DNA of 64,000 bases from NCBI RefSeq assembly GCF_038871235.1, contig NZ_JAVZIN010000002.1:1-64000 (forward strand), read 5' to 3'. Numbering within the stretch: the stretch's first letter is position 1; every line of letters starts with the position of its first letter. This DNA comes from Candidatus Hadarchaeum sp. (GTDB lineage: Archaea; Hadarchaeota; Hadarchaeia; Hadarchaeales; Hadarchaeaceae). A program made the position numbers and the translations under genes. Under the pieces are notes generated by a model. That model did no database searches and was not told where the DNA came from. It was given only the letters and a program-made list of their open reading frames with translations. Below are positions 1 through 10,426 of this stretch, in pieces.

Positions 1-98
1 GCGGGCTTTCCTGCCACCGGTAGAAGAAACTTGGGCTTGGTGAATGTCAACGGCCTCATCCTAGTGCCGAGGCCCGCTGCTAAGACTACCGCCTTCAT
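1..98 (-). CDS. Sugar-phosphate nucleotidyltransferase (NTP_transferase/GlmU-like), N-terminus only, runs off window edge
   Basis: Manual translation from ATG at 98: [32 protein letters not shown], the GxGTRxxPxTxxxPK signature. Confidence 0.9.
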   Translation of the reverse strand, partial: MKAVVLAAGLGTRMRPLTFTKPKFLLPVAGKP

Positions 99-221
99 CT
101 TTATCACCATTATTGTGGTAGTGGTGGCTAATAAAACGTTGAGAGATATAAAAAAGCAGCTAGGACAATTCCAATTTCTCCCCATATAAACAACTTACCC
201 AAAAAGGCATGGCGGGCGAAT

Positions 222-545
222 TTGAAGCTCGTCCATTACCAAACTCTCGAGCCTGTTACTCCCGACGAGCTAAAGCAACTGGTCAGGATAAAGGAGAAGT
301 TCAACGAGAACCGGAGTTACTGGGAACGCATCAAGCTTTGGCGAAAATCAGACATCTTGGACCGGCTGGAGCCAAGCGGAGCTAGGTGGGGGTTCTCAAG
401 AGTAAAGAGCGAGAGGGACAAAATGCAACTGTTATCTGTTCTCAGGATGATGTCCCTAGCAACACCCAGGCTAACTTGGATCATGTACGATGAATCTAAC
501 GGTGGGTGCGAAATGGTGCTGAAGGGCGGCTCGTCGATAGCATAA
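222..545 (+). CDS. Hypothetical protein (107 aa)
   Basis: Protein-like ORF divergent from the nucleotidyltransferase; no recognised motif. Confidence 0.55.
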   Translation: MKLVHYQTLEPVTPDELKQLVRIKEKFNENRSYWERIKLWRKSDILDRLEPSGARWGFSRVKSERDKMQLLSVLRMMSLATPRLTWIMYDESNGGCEMVLKGGSSIA

Positions 546-662
546 TGAGACAATTTAGATTAAATGTTGGCGACATTTTTTGCTTCCATTATTCTGACCC
601 CGGTCTAAGATTCCACTCAAAAATAACGGTGCGTAAAGAGATAAAAAAGGTGAATCTCAATT

Positions 663-1361
663 TTGTACGATTGGATGACACCTCTGAAGAAAATTGTCGA
701 AAGCTACATAAGAAAAGTCATTGGTGTGAAAAAACTCTGTGATCGATGTCTCGATACGAAAAGATGGGGGGGAAACGTGGTTCTGATGGTGGTAGATGCG
801 GCTTTCACTTCAATCGGACTGAACTATTTCACAGCTGTGGTTCCCAAGGTAGAGGAATTTAACCAGAAATTTGTGAAAACGGGAAGGATAAAAGATCTAT
901 CCGACCTTGCTAAAGCAAACATCAATGAACTCAAAAAAGTGTGGCAAAATGAAAGATCATGGAAAGCCGCCAAAGAAATCGCCTCCTATTTATCTAAGCT
1001 TGATGACGGTAGAACCGCCCTTCGAACCTGGGCGAAGAAATCCAGCCTTGAAAATTGGTGGGAGGATCCCATCGGCAGGATCAAAGGAGTCGGACTAATC
1101 ACCTTTCAATACCTAAGGATGATGGGTGGCGTTGATACCGTAATGCCGGACAAAATTGTCAAACGAGTAATTAATGAAATCTTAGTGCTCGCAGGCGAGC
1201 AACCGGTAAACGACGATATGGAATTTATTAAAAAAGCGGAGGAGATCGCCATCGCCTGCGGCCACAGGCCCATAGAGCTGTGCTGGATGACTTGGCTTAT
1301 CCAGCCGGAGGGAAAAATTATGCGAATGAAAAAGTACCGGAACCTCTTTTCCAAGATATAA
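663..1361 (+). CDS. HhH-GPD superfamily DNA glycosylase-like protein
   Basis: HhH motif IGRIKGVGLITF followed by VMPD (Asp); GGTGA SD at 649-653. Confidence 0.65.
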   Translation: MYDWMTPLKKIVESYIRKVIGVKKLCDRCLDTKRWGGNVVLMVVDAAFTSIGLNYFTAVVPKVEEFNQKFVKTGRIKDLSDLAKANINELKKVWQNERSWKAAKEIASYLSKLDDGRTALRTWAKKSSLENWWEDPIGRIKGVGLITFQYLRMMGGVDTVMPDKIVKRVINEILVLAGEQPVNDDMEFIKKAEEIAIACGHRPIELCWMTWLIQPEGKIMRMKKYRNLFSKI

Positions 1362-1418
1362 ACCAATATTCGCTAACCTGATAAGCGATCAACAATTCAG
1401 GTTATATTTGGTGCGCCT

Positions 1419-2149
1419 ATGAAGCTGATCGATTGCCATGCTCATCTCGAAGAAGTGCCAAATCTTGATCAAGAACTCAAAAGCGCCAAGGAAAAGGGCG
1501 TGGCGGCCATTATAGCCGTTGGCTCCGACCTATATTCAAACATATCAGTACAACAAATTTCTGAACACTACCCTAACTACGTGTACCCAGCTCTGGGCCT
1601 TCACCCCTGGGACTTGGACAGAATCGACGAGACAATTCAATTCATTGAGAAAAACATTGAAAGATGCACTGCCTTGGGTGAAGTAGGACTAGATTTCAAA
1701 TATCAAACTCCAAAAGAACTACAGGTCAAAGCATTCGCTCGCATACTTGAGCTAGCCGAAACTACGATAAACCAGTTATCATACACTCCCGCTGGGCCTG
1801 GCGCGAAGCTTTTGAGATGGTAAAAAAAGCTGGAGCCAAAAGAGCGGTTTTTCATTGGTACAGCGGCCCATTGGATGTCCTGCGGGAAATCATCGCGCAG
1901 GGATTTTACGTCTCGGCAACTCCTGCGGCTGAGTTCAGTGAAGCACACCAGCTGGTGATCAAAGAAGTGCCGCTCGAAAGACTGTTGCTCGAAACCGATT
2001 CTCCGGTAAAATATCGCGGCATTGCTTCCACACCGAGTCACGTTCTCAAAACGCTGAAAGCGGTAGCACAGCTGAAGAAGGTCGATGAATCTCGGCTGGC
2101 CGAAATAACGACGAAAAACGTCGCTAACATTTTTGAAATAAAAATTTAA
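1419..2149 (+). pseudogene. tatD: TatD family DNase split by a one-base frameshift near 1759-1761 (pseudogene or sequencing indel)
   Basis: DCHAH, GLHP and GEVGLD in ORF1; HWYSG and LLETDSP in ORF2; alternative frame continues YDKPVIIHSRWAWREAFEM. Confidence 0.85.
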
Positions 2150-2150
2150 T

Positions 2151-3500
2151 TTAAATTATCTTCTTCAGGAGCTTTACTGTTTTACTTATTATTTCCTCCG
2201 CACGCCCCGGGGTTCTCGCCTCAGCAGTTACGCGTACATACGGCTCCGTGCCCGATGCCCTGACCAGCACCCAACCATCTAAAAGATTCACTCGAACACC
2301 GTCAACTTTAAGAACCCCGATATTCTCGCTGAATTCCTTGACCAGCTTTTTAGAAGCCAAGGCGATCAACTTGGTCTTCTGTTCCTCGGAGCACGCGATT
2401 TTTTCCCGAAGCATGTAGTACTTCGGCAGAGGACCTAACAACTCAGAAATCTTTTTTCTGGAAACGTCCATAAGTTCCAGAACTTTCAACGCGCCAAGCA
2501 AGCTTTCTGGAGCCATGCTGAAGCGCGGAAAAATCCACGCTCCACAGGGCTCGCCACCGAACATCGCCCCGCGGCGTTTGATTTCAGCTGCCACACTGAC
2601 ATCTCCTACCTTGGTTCTGACAACCTTGCCACGATTATCGGACACAACCTCATCAACCACATTGGAAGCGTCAACAGTGGTGACTACTACATCTCCTTTT
2701 TTAGTGACTTGACTTGAGGCCACGATTGCCAGAACTTCATCACCGGAAGCCACAGAACCATTCTCGCTGACGAAGACCACCCTGTCGGCGTCGCCATCAT
2801 GAGCGATGCCTAAATCGGACTCGGTCGCCCTCACTACCCGACAGAGCTCAACCAAATTCTCCGCACTGGGCTCAGGCGGCCGCCCAGGGAAAAGACCATC
2901 TGGCTGGGAGTTCATCGAAATCACCTTGCAACCAACCCTTCGGAGTAGCTCTGGAGCCACGACGGAGGCTGCCCCATTTCCGCAATCAACCACGACTTTA
3001 TAACCCCGAGAAAGTTGAACTGCACCGACGAGAGCACTAATATAATCGGGCAAAATATCTAAATCTTCCACCTCACCGATTTCCTTCCAAGATACCTGCC
3101 GCCATTTTTTTCCAAAGTAAATCCGCTCAACTTTACCCTCAAGCAACGGAGTATATGCCATCCCAAATGAGTCGAAAAATTTAACCCCATTGTAGTCCGG
3201 TGGATTGTGAGAAGCCGTGATCATGACGCCTGCTTTGGCCCTCAAATTTCTAACAGCAAAGCTAACCGCCGGTGTTGGCACCACACCCAAGCGCTTGACA
3301 TCGCATCCCCCTGAAAGCAAACCAGAAATCAAACAGCTCTCGAACAGGTCGCTTGAGGTCCTCGGGTCCTTTCCTACTACCACGGTTCCTGAGTTTCCCA
3401 ATAGAGAAGCAAGTGACTGCCCCAGATCCATGACTAGTTTTGGAGTGATTTGTTTCCCCACTAACCCACGCGCTCCGGAGGTTCCGAAAAGCCTTCCCAT
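2151..3500 (-). CDS. glmM: Phosphoglucosamine mutase / phosphohexomutase
   Basis: LFGTSGARG, TASHNP, DGDADR, RASGTEP motifs; ATG at 3500 likely start. Confidence 0.85.
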   Translation of the reverse strand: MGRLFGTSGARGLVGKQITPKLVMDLGQSLASLLGNSGTVVVGKDPRTSSDLFESCLISGLLSGGCDVKRLGVVPTPAVSFAVRNLRAKAGVMITASHNPPDYNGVKFFDSFGMAYTPLLEGKVERIYFGKKWRQVSWKEIGEVEDLDILPDYISALVGAVQLSRGYKVVVDCGNGAASVVAPELLRRVGCKVISMNSQPDGLFPGRPPEPSAENLVELCRVVRATESDLGIAHDGDADRVVFVSENGSVASGDEVLAIVASSQVTKKGDVVVTTVDASNVVDEVVSDNRGKVVRTKVGDVSVAAEIKRRGAMFGGEPCGAWIFPRFSMAPESLLGALKVLELMDVSRKKISELLGPLPKYYMLREKIACSEEQKTKLIALASKKLVKEFSENIGVLKVDGVRVNLLDGWVLVRASGTEPYVRVTAEARTPGRAEEIISKTVKLLKKII

Positions 3501-3524
3501 GGGACCATCCAAATTAAAAATAGC

Positions 3525-4133
3525 CTACTGGCTCTTAACCTGCGCGGAACTGGGCTCACTCAGGACCTTGCTCTTGTAAACTTCCACCCGGCGGATAGGA
3601 CAGTATTTCTTGGCTTCCTTGTAGATATCAGCCGAGAGTTTCCCCAACACCGCCTCTTGAACGAACTGGTCCAGCGTTCTCTCTGCCGCCCTGGTCTCAA
3701 CCACCTTCCTCATGTCTTTGTGGATGAAATCAAGCTTTGTGCTCTGCACCCGCCTGAGCGTAGTTACCATTGAGGTGACCCGCAGCTTGTAGCCATCCTT
3801 GGTGGTCACTGTCGCAATATCGTCAACCTTGCCGGCTCTCCTCCTGACCTGACTTCGGATATAGTCGCGGGCCATCTCATGCCCGATAAACTTCGTCACT
3901 GCCTGCCTGTCCCTGACTTCCTTGACTTGGAAATACAGCTTGATGTGAGATTTGGAGAAATCCTCGATGAGGTCTCCCAGCGTGGTCTCAAATACCCGGC
4001 CCAACAGCTGCTCCGGCTCAGAAGCCAGCGTCTCTCCTATTTTTTGGCTGCCAAACATCGGTGGCGCCACTACCTCAAACCACTCCTTCTCCCGCCAGGA
4101 TTTTTTCACCACTCGCTTTTTTTCCTCTGCCAT
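3525..4133 (-). CDS. rps3ae: 30S ribosomal protein S3Ae (eS1)
   Basis: KEWFEVVAPPMFG, GRVFETTLGDL, PIRRVEVYKSKV. Confidence 0.97.
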   Translation of the reverse strand: MAEEKKRVVKKSWREKEWFEVVAPPMFGSQKIGETLASEPEQLLGRVFETTLGDLIEDFSKSHIKLYFQVKEVRDRQAVTKFIGHEMARDYIRSQVRRRAGKVDDIATVTTKDGYKLRVTSMVTTLRRVQSTKLDFIHKDMRKVVETRAAERTLDQFVQEAVLGKLSADIYKEAKKYCPIRRVEVYKSKVLSEPSSAQVKSQ

Positions 4134-5638
4134 TACTCAACCACCTTTGGAACGGGTGGCAGTGAACCAACCCGTCTTCTTATCGGCTCAGGCCACCGCG
4201 AGGGATCAAAGCCATGCTGGGCGAGGAACCCCACCACCCAGCGGCTCGTCCCGAAGCCGCAACAGCCTGTCCAAACCTGCCGACCTTTGACCTCCTTTAT
4301 TTTAAAGGTTTCCACGAACTTGTTTCTATGCACATTGTAAGAGCCTATCTCGAGCCAACTATCATTGTAAGGCAACAGAACCTCAACGTCATACGTGGCC
4401 ACTTGGCTACTGTCGCTCCCATCGCCGATAACTCCCTCTCTCATGTAAAACGGGGTAGCTACCAAGAGTCTCCACTCCATCTCCAGCTTGTCAACTACTT
4501 TGATGCTTTGATCAACTACCGCGTCACGAATTGAAACAACATCCTCCGGTGAACCCAGAAAGACGAATTCGATGCGGCGGAACTCCTGAGTCCTGAGCAG
4601 CCCCTCGACACCGCCGCCTTCCCAGCGGTATGTCCAGCCACTTCGGTCGAACTGCTTCACAGGAAGATCCTCCATTCTGACATGGCTGAAGGCGAAGGTT
4701 TCATAGAAAGGCTCACACTGCGCTGGGGCCAGTACATAGGCCGGCTCTTTCAGTATCTTTTTGAGGTCTTCAACCGGGACTCGCTTAGTGAGCTTGAGTT
4801 TCTGTTTGAAATCCTTAAAGGCCTCCGGATCCCTCGGTGGTGGGGAAACATAATACATGCCTTCAGGGACCCCATCCAGATAGCCCGGCATCCTCTGCAT
4901 CACCTCTAGCGGTATGAGCTTGGGCAACATCACCTCCTCAAACTTCAAGGGCCGGGCCACCTCCTCGATGATGATATCTTCAATTGCTTGGAGCAGCTTT
5001 GCGTAGGGTTCCTCGTAAATCCACTGGCCGCGACCAGGGAAATCCCTAATCCACCCCAGCTTCTTGGCAACGTCAAAGGGGTTTTTCTTGAAGGTATGTG
5101 GACGCTTGGGGCCCTCCCTGACGACCATAGGCTCAGCGGCTCTTGCAGACGCGCGAGCGAGGGTCTCCTCAACCATTGAAACTAATCTGTCAACTACTCT
5201 GCCCCTTAGCTCGGCTTCGGTGAGCTCCTTTATGTGAATTTCAACCGAAGAGTCACCAACCACCACTTCGTGGGGCAACTTCTTTATCTCAGCCACCGCC
5301 TTTGCTGGAGCCTCCGCGATTGGTAAAATAATCCTATAATCGCGGGCAAATATTCCCCTGAGACCCAGCTTATGCTTCTTCCCCAGCTCGGTTGCTAAAA
5401 TCTTGGCAAGTCTAAGCAGCGCATCGTGCGCCCTAACATAGCGCCCCGACTCCAGCTCCAACTCAAGCTCATTCCCCACTATATGCCATCTGATTATCTT
5501 GGCCGCCTCGGTCTCCTTACCCTTTGGCGCTCCCTTAATGAGGACAGGTTCAGCACCTTTGATAACAGCGTCGATATCCTCCTTTATCCTAGAGAGTTCG
5601 CCGCTGAATACAAGCTTGCCTTTTAGTTCAAATCTCAC
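4133..5638 (-). CDS. serS: Serine--tRNA ligase, methanogen-type (atypical, zinc-dependent)
   Basis: Long N-domain with ESGRYVRAHDALLR; LAPAQCEPF, YRWEGGG, EFRRIE, TGCCGFG. Confidence 0.92.
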   Translation of the reverse strand: MRFELKGKLVFSGELSRIKEDIDAVIKGAEPVLIKGAPKGKETEAAKIIRWHIVGNELELELESGRYVRAHDALLRLAKILATELGKKHKLGLRGIFARDYRIILPIAEAPAKAVAEIKKLPHEVVVGDSSVEIHIKELTEAELRGRVVDRLVSMVEETLARASARAAEPMVVREGPKRPHTFKKNPFDVAKKLGWIRDFPGRGQWIYEEPYAKLLQAIEDIIIEEVARPLKFEEVMLPKLIPLEVMQRMPGYLDGVPEGMYYVSPPPRDPEAFKDFKQKLKLTKRVPVEDLKKILKEPAYVLAPAQCEPFYETFAFSHVRMEDLPVKQFDRSGWTYRWEGGGVEGLLRTQEFRRIEFVFLGSPEDVVSIRDAVVDQSIKVVDKLEMEWRLLVATPFYMREGVIGDGSDSSQVATYDVEVLLPYNDSWLEIGSYNVHRNKFVETFKIKEVKGRQVWTGCCGFGTSRWVVGFLAQHGFDPSRWPEPIRRRVGSLPPVPKVVE

Positions 5639-5701
5639 TCAATCGCCAAAAACCTACTCATCTAACGGATATGAAAAGCTTGCCCTCGGTTTGCCTCCAT
5701 C

Positions 5702-6160
5702 CTACTTTATCTTGGCTGCAACCATCCGGCCAAACTCAACTACCTTGGTCAGCTCCTCTTCTGAAACTGGTCCCTTCATACCCTGAACCTTTACCGACAG
5801 TCCGGGAGCCAGCACTTTTGCCCCCGGAATTTTTTCAATTATTCTCCTCTCCAGTTTTTTCACCGCCTTTCCAAAATCACCGCCGAGATATGTGTCAAAG
5901 GCGACGAACGTCTTGCCCCCCAAGCCTCGTCTTCCCAGCTCATCCACAAACTTTCTGACTCCACGCGTCGGCCCACCGATGTGATTGGGCGAACCTATGA
6001 AGATCACATCATACTCATGAAGAACGTCGAGATTCACCTCCTTTATTTCAGCGAGCTGTGGTTTCACCCCCTTCACTTTTTTCGTGCCCTCGGCAATTTT
6101 TTCTGCTACAAGCTTGGTATTGCCGTATTTTGACTCATAGGCAATTAACACCTTAACCAA
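5702..6160 (-). CDS. Flavodoxin-like protein
   Basis: YESKYGNT phosphate loop, IGSPNH. Confidence 0.85.
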   Translation of the reverse strand: MVKVLIAYESKYGNTKLVAEKIAEGTKKVKGVKPQLAEIKEVNLDVLHEYDVIFIGSPNHIGGPTRGVRKFVDELGRRGLGGKTFVAFDTYLGGDFGKAVKKLERRIIEKIPGAKVLAPGLSVKVQGMKGPVSEEELTKVVEFGRMVAAKIK

Positions 6161-6259
6161 GGCACCGCCCCCAATTATTATTTTTCAGATAATCTTTTGA
6201 GTAATTCATTAAAAAAACTAAAATTGTAGAAAGCTTGATCGTGGTGAAAATAATTTTCT

Positions 6260-6493
6260 CTAAAGCATGCTTTCTGCGGTCAGAGTACATGCAAGCAGAT
6301 CGTCGAGCGTGGCTAAAAGTGTTTCTAGCTTTCCATCCAGCTTGACCAAACTGACCACCTTATTTCCACGGGATACCGTCGAAACCTGCATTCCTTTCGG
6401 TAGCCCAAGATTATCGGGTGCGAGAGCCTTAGCCACCGCCTTCGCCATCTTGTCCTTTTCGTACTCGCAAATGACCTTGGCCTGCATTTTCAT
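6260..6493 (-). CDS. pcc1: KEOPS complex subunit Pcc1
   Basis: 77 aa, ALAPDN motif and LLATLDDLL helix; usual position between DHH and rps3ae. Confidence 0.85.
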   Translation of the reverse strand: MKMQAKVICEYEKDKMAKAVAKALAPDNLGLPKGMQVSTVSRGNKVVSLVKLDGKLETLLATLDDLLACTLTAESML

Positions 6494-7845
6494 ACCAACA
6501 CCAATGCGGAGGAATCCTGCTCAGCGCCGGACAAGGCGCCTTGCTGAAATATCTCCGCCATCATCCAGAGAAGTTCTCTCATGACTGAATACATGGGTAC
6601 TGATTCACCAGCAAAACACTCGGCCGCGTCGACATGTCCTCCTCCTTCAATTCCGACATGGCTTGGATATAGCCGTCGCAACCGATACGCCAACTGAGAA
6701 CAAACTCTGCTGCAATCGATTATACCACCGCCTCCGCGAATGGAGATGTGAACCCCGGTTTTCTTCGGGCAAAACACGATTATCATTGTCCCTCTATGGC
6801 CGAAAGCCCTTTTGAGTGGTTCCAGCTGTGTGGATGCGACATAAGGCAGTATCGCCGGGAACGGGACAGACTGCATTCGAGAAACTTCCCGAGCAAGTAC
6901 CATATAAACTCCAATGTTTCGAAATTCACCCAGAAAAATTGGGCCTCGCACCCGAGATTCTAGTTGTTCCCAGTCCAAGCCAAAAAACTCCAGAACACGA
7001 GAAATGATTTTACCCGATGGCGAAACTGTCAAAAAATCATCGAGGTTCCTAAATTCTGCAGGTCTTTTTGTTGTCACCAAATCATTAAGAAAGTCTAAAA
7101 CCAGATCCTGCCCAGAAACAGCAACTTTCAAAATTTCTTTGTAGTAATGGGCTAGGGTCCCCACATGAAGCGCCTCAGTAATCTGATTTATCAAAGCGGT
7201 GCGCCTCCTGTCCACTAGATCATACATTGTGGGATTACCTAGCCTAGTCTTGAACAGCTGAGGGAACATCTTCATCAAACGCACAATAAAAGGCTGGACA
7301 AATTCTGCGCATCTCCTTTCAACAGGATCAAATGTAAAATCTGCTCTACAGCCCATCAAGGCGACAAAATCATCGAACTCGTCCGTAAGGCTCAATTGAG
7401 TGGCAAGCATGTGGCACATCAATGAAGCTGAGGTGGAAACATGTTGCTCCACCGAAGGATTGAAAACAACTGCCCCCCTTGGATTGCCGTCCGGTGTGTG
7501 GTGGTCGATGATTAGAATATTTTCTGCCTTTTCAGAAAAGTCTTCGTAAGAGGCAAAGGTACCCTTGTCAGAGATCACCAGCAAATCAACCTTACCCTTC
7601 GAGACCAACCCAAAATCCTCCTCCAGAAGCCGGAATCGCTCGGGCATTTTTACCGTAAACCTGGCCCCTATACGTCGGAACAATCGCTGCAAGATGAAGG
7701 CACAAGCAACGCCGTCTACATCGTGGTGAGAAAAATTGATCACTTTCGGCTCTCTCAGTCGACTAAGCTCCTTTACCAGCTCGACTGCTTTGGCAAAACC
7801 TGAATCTCTCTCCTGCAATAACTGTAGCTGTTCACGATAGTTCAT
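6490..7845 (-). CDS. DHH family phosphoesterase (second paralogue)
   Basis: HHDVDG, ISDKG, IIDHH and C-terminal GGGH. Confidence 0.8.
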   Translation of the reverse strand: MNYREQLQLLQERDSGFAKAVELVKELSRLREPKVINFSHHDVDGVACAFILQRLFRRIGARFTVKMPERFRLLEEDFGLVSKGKVDLLVISDKGTFASYEDFSEKAENILIIDHHTPDGNPRGAVVFNPSVEQHVSTSASLMCHMLATQLSLTDEFDDFVALMGCRADFTFDPVERRCAEFVQPFIVRLMKMFPQLFKTRLGNPTMYDLVDRRRTALINQITEALHVGTLAHYYKEILKVAVSGQDLVLDFLNDLVTTKRPAEFRNLDDFLTVSPSGKIISRVLEFFGLDWEQLESRVRGPIFLGEFRNIGVYMVLAREVSRMQSVPFPAILPYVASTQLEPLKRAFGHRGTMIIVFCPKKTGVHISIRGGGGIIDCSRVCSQLAYRLRRLYPSHVGIEGGGHVDAAECFAGESVPMYSVMRELLWMMAEIFQQGALSGAEQDSSALVLV

Positions 7846-9251
7846 AGCCCACCTCTAGACATTGCGCTGTCTAACTCTCTTACGAAGTCATCCAGACGAT
7901 CCCGTGGGATGCGGGCCGCGGCTGAGACATCGTGACCGCCGCCGTAGCCCCCCACCGCTGTCGCTGCCCTTGCAATCGCCTGTCCAAGGTTCACGCCCAT
8001 TCCTATCAAGCTTGGCGCTACCCTTGCAGAAATTTTCACATGCCCCTCTGCCGTATCGGCCATGCCGACAACTGGTTGGTCTGCTGGAATTAGGGCTGAC
8101 TCAATCGCTAGAGAAATCATTTCACCAAGAATTGCCGAGTCAACGTCTTTTCCAGCGTAAATGTATCGGAAATTGGCGGCAAGTTTAAATGAGGCCAGCT
8201 TATCGACCAGCCATTCCAATGCCCTGAGCATCCGTTCATGATAGTTGCTGAGTAAGCCAAGCGCATCTATTTGGTAGCTTCCATCTCCAACCGCCAATGC
8301 AAAGCCAATCTCGGGTTTCTTCATGTTCCCGCACGCGTCGATGAGGGCTGCGTATTCTCCCAGTTCCTTAGGTCCGACTAGGTCTTCATTAGCGGTCGTC
8401 AAAATTGTCCCCCACAGTGCCTGACGAAATTCCTCCTTGGCGGCCTGAGCACCCACCTTAGAAAAAATGGCGTCGGCAAGTCTTCTCTCCATCTCAGCAC
8501 CAAGCTCGGAGATTAAACTGGAATGAGATATGCCCAAGGAATCCAATAGCGAACGACACGATGATAGATTGTCTGATAGGCCCAAAAGATACGGTCTGAT
8601 AGACGTCCTCAAGCATTCGACCGCCGGAACCAAACTCCGTCGTGTCATTCTCAAACCATCTCTCTCTCGAACCAACCCAAGGTCCACCGATCGCTTCAAC
8701 AGAGTGTCGTTGACCCCAGTAAACCCGGACGACATCTCCTGTCTGTCTCCAATAGCGCCAACTATCGCCAGACTGATTAGCGATCTGAACCGAAGGTCTA
8801 ATTGCTCCACGACCGAAAAAACAGCTCCACTGGCGCTGACATCAGTGGAGCCACTGAGACCACAATTATGGGGATTAAGACAGGAAAGTTTTGGATGCTC
8901 TAGAAGCTGTCCCGGATGGTGGTCGATTATAATAACCTCCTTATCCCGCGCCAGCAGATATTTGTTGATTGCATCCAGCTGCCCGCTACCTTGGTCAAGA
9001 AAGATGTAGAGACCATAGTTCTCCGCGCCAAGCTGAGCGATGTCATCATCGCTCGGTGGTCTCCACAACTTGACGGTGAAGGGCACATTGTAGGAGTAAA
9101 GACACCTAGCCAGTATCGCTGCTGAAGCAATCCCGTCGGCATCGGTGTGGGAAACTACCTTGATCCTTGTCTTACCATCCAGCCTTGGTCTGAGAAAAGC
9201 TGCGACTTCCTCCGACGCCCTACGAAACCTCTTGATCTCCGCTCTTCCCAC
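7842..9251 (-). CDS. RecJ-like DHH/DHHA1 nuclease
   Basis: HTDADG, FLDQG, IIDHH, AIGD, KISAR, GGGHDVSAAA; rps15-linked context. Confidence 0.88.
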   Translation of the reverse strand: MGRAEIKRFRRASEEVAAFLRPRLDGKTRIKVVSHTDADGIASAAILARCLYSYNVPFTVKLWRPPSDDDIAQLGAENYGLYIFLDQGSGQLDAINKYLLARDKEVIIIDHHPGQLLEHPKLSCLNPHNCGLSGSTDVSASGAVFSVVEQLDLRFRSLISLAIVGAIGDRQEMSSGFTGVNDTLLKRSVDLGLVRERDGLRMTRRSLVPAVECLRTSIRPYLLGLSDNLSSCRSLLDSLGISHSSLISELGAEMERRLADAIFSKVGAQAAKEEFRQALWGTILTTANEDLVGPKELGEYAALIDACGNMKKPEIGFALAVGDGSYQIDALGLLSNYHERMLRALEWLVDKLASFKLAANFRYIYAGKDVDSAILGEMISLAIESALIPADQPVVGMADTAEGHVKISARVAPSLIGMGVNLGQAIARAATAVGGYGGGHDVSAAARIPRDRLDDFVRELDSAMSRGGL

Positions 9252-9337
9252 CCCAGATCACCGCCCTTCAGGACTCATTTTGCCGCCGCATGTAATAACT
9301 TTTATTAATTGATGAAAACATTGACTTCAGTGATCTT

Positions 9338-9718
9338 ATGAAAGTTCAAGTCTTATACACGATGGATTGCCCATGGTGTCTAAAGACCAAGAAACTGGTG
9401 AGAGAAAGCCTGCATGAGCTTGGTGTAAATGCTGAACTTGAGGAGATTCTAATAGATACCAAGGAAAAAGCGAGGAAACACCGCTTTACGGGTTCGCCTA
9501 CGGTTAGAATTAATGGTAAAGACGTTCAGGATGAGGCTATAAAAGATAGATGCTTGCCCTGCGAGGAACTGGCAAAGCGAGTTAAGACCACAACCCAATT
9601 TGTCAAACAAGAATGTATGTGCGGTTGTAGAATATACTTCTACCGCGGTAAACAATATCCTTATCCACCTAAGGGGATGATTAAAGAAGCTTTAAAAACG
9701 ATTCAACGATCACTTTAA
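9338..9718 (+). CDS. Cys-rich thioredoxin-fold protein (DUF2703-like)
   Basis: CPWC, GSPTVRING, CLPC, CMCGCRIY. Confidence 0.7.
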   Translation: MKVQVLYTMDCPWCLKTKKLVRESLHELGVNAELEEILIDTKEKARKHRFTGSPTVRINGKDVQDEAIKDRCLPCEELAKRVKTTTQFVKQECMCGCRIYFYRGKQYPYPPKGMIKEALKTIQRSL

Positions 9719-9905
9719 ATGATTTCATCCTGTTTGCTCCTTGAGTAATCGCGAAAACTGAAACCAATCTGATCTAAGGTCAAAAAAATCTGATGAGATT
9801 GAAATCGTTGCCAAATAAAAACTAATCCCAGATGTCGTTTCAAAAGGAGCTTTAAACCCTTTCTAAATTACAAATTTAACTACCGTTCAGAAAAATAAAC
9901 TGACC

Positions 9906-10220
9906 TTAGGTGCTACTAATGTGTTTTATGTCGAATTCTAGTGGGTTTTCGCCCTGAAACATTATTTCATATACCTCCCTTGATCCACACCGGCGACACT
10001 CTCTAAACTGCAAGGCACATGAACCACAAATATCCGAATCGGTGCCTATCCTCAAAAAAAGATCCTCTTTTCCCGATACACTGGCGATGACAAATCCAAC
10101 CGGTTCGATCCAAGTATTGCCACAGTGAGCACAAGCAAATCTCTTTTTTGTTAATCTTTCTTCTATCTTTGCGCCGTCCGTATCATGAAGTAGCTCCATC
10201 AATTTCACTTTATCACACAT
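9906..10220 (-). CDS. Hypothetical zinc-ribbon protein
   Basis: Three CxxC pairs: CAHC, CGSC, CRRC. Confidence 0.6.
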   Translation of the reverse strand: MCDKVKLMELLHDTDGAKIEERLTKKRFACAHCGNTWIEPVGFVIASVSGKEDLFLRIGTDSDICGSCALQFRECRRCGSREVYEIMFQGENPLEFDIKHISST

Positions 10221-10426
10221 TGTAAGTAAGATTTATTCTATTTATATCTTTTGTCCGAATATAATTATATAAAGTCGACAATTTAAGATAATAATATAAA
10301 ATAAGCTTAAAAAGTTAAAAAAATAGCAAAAAAATGTTTAATTCCTCAACATTTTAAGATTTAAAACAAAAAATAATCAAATTTATAAACTTTTAGAGCA
10401 TAATTTTTTGACATGGGGCTAATAAC

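Noticed and set aside
1419-2149. Programmed -1 frameshifting in tatD
   Set aside because: No slippery heptamer or evident stimulatory structure; a single indel explains it
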